From a virus, in IMG/VR virus record IMGVR_UViG_3300029588_000018, positions 1-35,948 of that record: a stretch of 35,948 nt of DNA, one strand, 5' to 3'. Made by a program: the position numbers and the translations under genes. Each line of letters opens with the position of its first letter. Position 1 is the first letter of the stretch. Below are positions 33,252 through 35,948 of the stretch, one piece after another. The notes under the pieces are model-generated. The model was given only the letters and a program-made list of their open reading frames with translations. It did no database searches and was not told where the DNA came from.

Positions 33252-33647
33252 ATGGATTTTACAATTACAAGCCAACAGATTGTATGGATTTGTGGCTTCA
33301 TAGCATCCGTTTGGGGAGTTGTGAAGATTATTAAAGAATTGAAAAAACCGAGCGATGATTTAAAAGCTAAAGTTCAAAGACACGATGAATTGCTTCACAA
33401 AGATAATGAGCGATTAAATTCACTTGAGAAGATAACACTGAATCAGGAAGGTATCAATCGCAAATTAGAAGAACATACTCGCATTTTGTCCGATCATGAT
33501 GGTAGATTGGATGAAGATAAAGAAAGAAGTAATTTGCTACTTAAGGCAAACATTGCAATCTTGAATGGTTTATTGTCAGATTCCGATAAGGAAAAGTTAG
33601 TCGAAACTAGAAATGAAATCCAAGATTTCTTGGTCGAAAAAAATTAG
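33252..33647 (+). CDS. membrane-anchored coiled-coil protein in the lysis cassette
   Basis: N-terminal TM helix (IVWICGFIASVWGVVKII) followed by coiled-coil. ATG 33252 follows AGGTGG. Confidence 0.5.
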   Translation: MDFTITSQQIVWICGFIASVWGVVKIIKELKKPSDDLKAKVQRHDELLHKDNERLNSLEKITLNQEGINRKLEEHTRILSDHDGRLDEDKERSNLLLKANIAILNGLLSDSDKEKLVETRNEIQDFLVEKN

Positions 33648-33659
33648 GAGGTATAATTC

Positions 33660-33764
33660 ATGGAAGAAAAAGAAGTAAAATTTGAAGATTTATCAGAAGA
33701 AGCTCAATCTGAGTTATCAAATGGAAAAGAAGAAGGTGAAGAAGAATGTCATATTCAAGCTTAA
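33660..33764 (+). CDS. possible 34-aa acidic peptide (not in the ORF track)
   Basis: MEEKEVKFEDLSEEAQSELSNGKEEGEEECHIQA. GGAGGT lies 8 nt upstream. It overlaps the endolysin start by 19 nt. Confidence 0.35.
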   Translation: MEEKEVKFEDLSEEAQSELSNGKEEGEEECHIQA

Positions 33765-34843
33765 CAAATAAATATATTCCTGCTAGCGCAGACAACTATA
33801 TGCGAGGACGTGGTGGCTATAAAGTATGTAAAATTACACCACACCACATGGCGTGTCAGTGGAGTGCCGAAAGATGCGCTCAATCATTCCAAGTAAGCGG
33901 AAGAATGGCTAGTGCAAACTATTGCATTGGTTCAGACGGTACGATTGTTGCGAATGTTGATGAAGAAAATCGTGCATGGACATCAAGTAATTACTACAAC
34001 GATTGCCAAGCTATCACAATTGAAGTTGCAAATGAAACGTGTGCGCCTAATTGGACTATCTCAACTAAAGCATGGAATGCATTAGTAAATTTATGTGTTG
34101 ATATTTGTAAGAGATACGGATTTAGATTAAATTATACAGGAAATGCGAATGGAAGTTTGACAGAGCATAGAATGTTTGCAAGTACAAGTTGCCCAGGCCC
34201 TTTCCTACACGATAGAATGCCTCAATTAGCACAAGAAGTAAATGCTAGATTAGATGGTCAGACTGTAGCACCAAGCGCTCCTAGCACTCCAAGCGCTCCA
34301 AGTGGCGAAAAATATTCAGTCGGTACACCTATCTGCACAAATACATTAAGCGTTAACTGTTACGGAACTTCTAAAATCTTGAAAGGCGATTGGAGTGGAA
34401 CAATCGGACGTGTAATCAAAGGTGCTAAATATCCATATCGTGTTGATCGTAATGGGGTAGCTATTGGATGGACAAATGATGCAGGTATCGATACAGACCC
34501 TCATACACCAGTTGGAACAACACAGTCTAGTGCAGAAGTTATCGACCAAATTCTGCATGAAGGCAGCTATGTTACATCTGTACACATGAAAATTGGTAAC
34601 CAAGGCTTGAAAAAAATCGGCGATGATTTATGTGCATACCTATCACAATTAGGTGGTTGGTTTCCAATTCGTATGGTAGACAAAGTGCCAAACTCAGATG
34701 GATATAATGACAATGTATTGCATACCACAAATGCAGTCGTTTATGTTACAAGAATTCGTGTAGATGCGGTTAATGTTCAAAAGAATATTGTTAAAATTGG
34801 CGGTATTTGGGTTGACCCAACACCATTAACTGAAATCGCATAA
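33746..34843 (+). CDS. endolysin: N-acetylmuramoyl-L-alanine amidase (Amidase_2/PGRP type) with an uncharacterised C-terminal wall-binding region
   Basis: ITPHHMACQWSAE...ANYCIGSDGTIV...NRAWTS...ITIEVANE...HRMFASTSCPGP is an Amidase_2 core. It is followed by the linker APSAPSTPSAPSGE and about 180 further residues. Confidence 0.9.
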   Translation: MSYSSLTNKYIPASADNYMRGRGGYKVCKITPHHMACQWSAERCAQSFQVSGRMASANYCIGSDGTIVANVDEENRAWTSSNYYNDCQAITIEVANETCAPNWTISTKAWNALVNLCVDICKRYGFRLNYTGNANGSLTEHRMFASTSCPGPFLHDRMPQLAQEVNARLDGQTVAPSAPSTPSAPSGEKYSVGTPICTNTLSVNCYGTSKILKGDWSGTIGRVIKGAKYPYRVDRNGVAIGWTNDAGIDTDPHTPVGTTQSSAEVIDQILHEGSYVTSVHMKIGNQGLKKIGDDLCAYLSQLGGWFPIRMVDKVPNSDGYNDNVLHTTNAVVYVTRIRVDAVNVQKNIVKIGGIWVDPTPLTEIA

Positions 34844-34968
34844 ACAAGCGAATCTGCACATAAAAATGTCAAAATTGTACAAAATGCGCAAAAATTACAA
34901 TTAAATATCAAAAAAAGTGTCATAATTTAAAAAATGACACAAATCCTTCAACTATTTTTCGTATACTT

Positions 34969-35000
34969 AGCCTATGATTAAGTTCATAGGCTCTTTTTTT
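34969..35000 (+). terminator. rho-independent terminator of the lysis operon
   Basis: AGCCTATGA/TCATAGGCT perfect 9-bp stem with a 6-nt loop, then C and T7. Confidence 0.8.
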
Positions 35001-35047
35001 ATGCTATTATTTTCATAACTCGTCTACTAGTGTAGAAGGAGTTACTT

Positions 35048-35082
35048 AAATCGTATGAACTTTATACGATTTATGCTATAAT
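35048..35082 (+). promoter_or_regulatory. extended -10 promoter preceded by a perfect 9-bp inverted repeat
   Basis: AAATCGTAT-N7-ATACGATTT (35048-35072) is directly followed by TGCTATAAT (35074-35082). Confidence 0.4.
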
Positions 35083-35303
35083 CGTCTTAGGCCGAGCATG
35101 AGAAATTCCAAGTGAACCATGTTAGCTTGATGTACAAATCTAAGTTAGGCATATAGGTTTATTAGTATTGATCTATAGTCATACCAAGCGTGACTGATTG
35201 ATATTATTTTTATGCAAGTCGATATTATTTTCTTACCACTGAATAGAATACATTCTAGAAGTACTTGAAAGGTGGTTCTTTTTATATAAAATTCATACTG
35301 ATA

Positions 35304-35312
35304 TGATATAAT
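35304..35312 (+). promoter_or_regulatory. second extended -10 promoter element
   Basis: TGATATAAT, in a context (ATATGATATAATCAT) similar to the first one (TTATGCTATAATCGT). Confidence 0.35.
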
Positions 35313-35318
35313 CATGTT

Positions 35319-35516
35319 GCTAGGAAAAAGCAGAGTGATAAAGGCCTAAGCTCTCTTTTGTGTAGAGACGATTGCAGACGTGTGATTGTATCTTCACTTT
35401 TCTCTTGTAGGCACTAGCATAAACAACAAAATGTGACAATTGCTAAAAGCTCCCCTTTTTAGATACTGTCACCAAAACGATTCCATACCTCATCCACATC
35501 AGGTATGGTTTTTTTT
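35319..35516 (+). ncRNA. candidate non-coding RNA of about 200 nt, unknown class
   Basis: The interval between the extended -10 element at 35304-35312 and the strong terminator at 35483-35516 has no ORF longer than about 10 codons with an RBS. Confidence 0.25.
35483..35516 (+). terminator. rho-independent terminator
   Basis: CCATACCT/AGGTATGG stem with a 10-nt loop, followed by T8. Confidence 0.75.
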
Positions 35517-35601
35517 GTTTTTTTAACAAATCATATAATTAAGGTGTTATATTATTGATGTGTTAATTGTGACACGCCCTTTCTGATAAATATTCTTTAC
35601 C

Positions 35602-35634
35602 AAAAAAGTCTCCATGCCAGCAGGAGGCTTTTTT
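35602..35634. terminator. A-run/hairpin/T-run element: a bidirectional terminator or an IS left-end hairpin
   Basis: AAAAAAGTCTCC-N9-GGAGGCTTTTTT (one G-U pair), immediately preceded by TTAC at 35597-35600. Confidence 0.45.
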
Positions 35635-35834
35635 GTATGCCTATATAATAATAAGGAAGAGAATTTACGAATTTGTGGCATAAAACTTTGGCGCAGTGGC
35701 ATATAAAATGGAATATTTTTTAAAATTTTACAGAATAAAATGTAGTAATATAGGTGAAAATATGAGAAAATTAGTGTAGTTAGAGGAGAAAGGAAGATTA
35801 ACTTATTTACCATTTTAAAGGTAATGGGTTAATC

Positions 35835-35948
35835 ATGGAAAAGGCATTCAAGTATCGTATCTATCCAAATAGAGAACAAAGAATATTACTGGCCAAGACT
35901 TTTGGCTGTACTCGTTTTGTATATAATCATTATCTGGCAAAGCGTAGG
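35835..35948 (+). CDS. tnpB: TnpB (IS605 OrfB-type RNA-guided nuclease), 5' partial
   Basis: MEKAFKYRIYPNREQRILLAKTFGCTRFVYNHYLAKR is the canonical OrfB_IS605 N-terminus. The ORF runs off the window. Confidence 0.8.
   Translation, partial: MEKAFKYRIYPNREQRILLAKTFGCTRFVYNHYLAKRR

Larger units (their letters stand above)
35601..35948 (+). mobile_element. left part of an IS200/IS605-family (IS1341-like, tnpB-only) element, left boundary tentative
   Basis: The tnpB N-terminus starts at 35835, and there is no tnpA-sized ORF upstream. A subterminal hairpin follows a TTAC tetranucleotide, the type of target used by some IS605-family members. Confidence 0.4.

Noticed and set aside
35547-35813. 88-aa minus-strand ORF upstream of tnpB
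   Set aside because: It is a very AT-rich, low-complexity (Ile/Leu/Phe/Tyr) translation with no RBS before its ATG. It spans the hairpin and the likely IS left end.

Overview
The window is almost entirely one temperate siphovirus-type prophage from a low-GC Gram-positive host, and every convincing gene is on the + strand. The layout is as follows. (1) 1-10.5 kb is an early recombination and replication module. It holds a small wHTH regulator, a YqaJ-like exonuclease, a DUF1351-like protein, RecT, an HNH endonuclease, a RuvC-like resolvase, a replication initiator with iterons inside its own gene, SSB, an orphan C5 cytosine methyltransferase, a chain of eight coupled small ORFs, and an ArpU/sigma-like late regulator. 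(2) 10.5-13.5 kb is an accessory island. It holds an XRE/ImmA-like pair with its own strong promoter and operator-like repeats, a structured small-ORF locus, a DUF4417-like gene, and two paralogous proteins that both start MGGRG. This island is my best candidate for an undescribed system. (3) 13.5-14.6 kb is a recombination scar containing internal fragments of an SNF2 helicase gene and a DNA methyltransferase gene. (4) 14.6-30.6 kb is a visibly more G+C-rich packaging, head and tail module. It holds TerS, TerL, an SPP1-type portal, a MuF protein with an A+T-rich toxin-like C-terminal module, a YjcQ-like cassette flanked by duplicated terminators, scaffold, capsid, neck proteins, tail tube, chaperones (one interrupted at a T5 run), tape measure, Dit and a Gp37-like protein. 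(5) 30.6-34.8 kb is low-GC again, with fibre/receptor-binding genes, XkdX, holin and an amidase endolysin. (6) 34.8-35.9 kb is about 0.75 kb without ORFs, containing phased A-tracts, promoters and terminators, followed by the first 38 codons of an IS200/IS605-family tnpB. I found no rRNA, tRNA or CRISPR array, and the integrase/lysogeny module is not in the window. All family assignments come from reading motifs by eye. No searches or numeric composition calculations were run.
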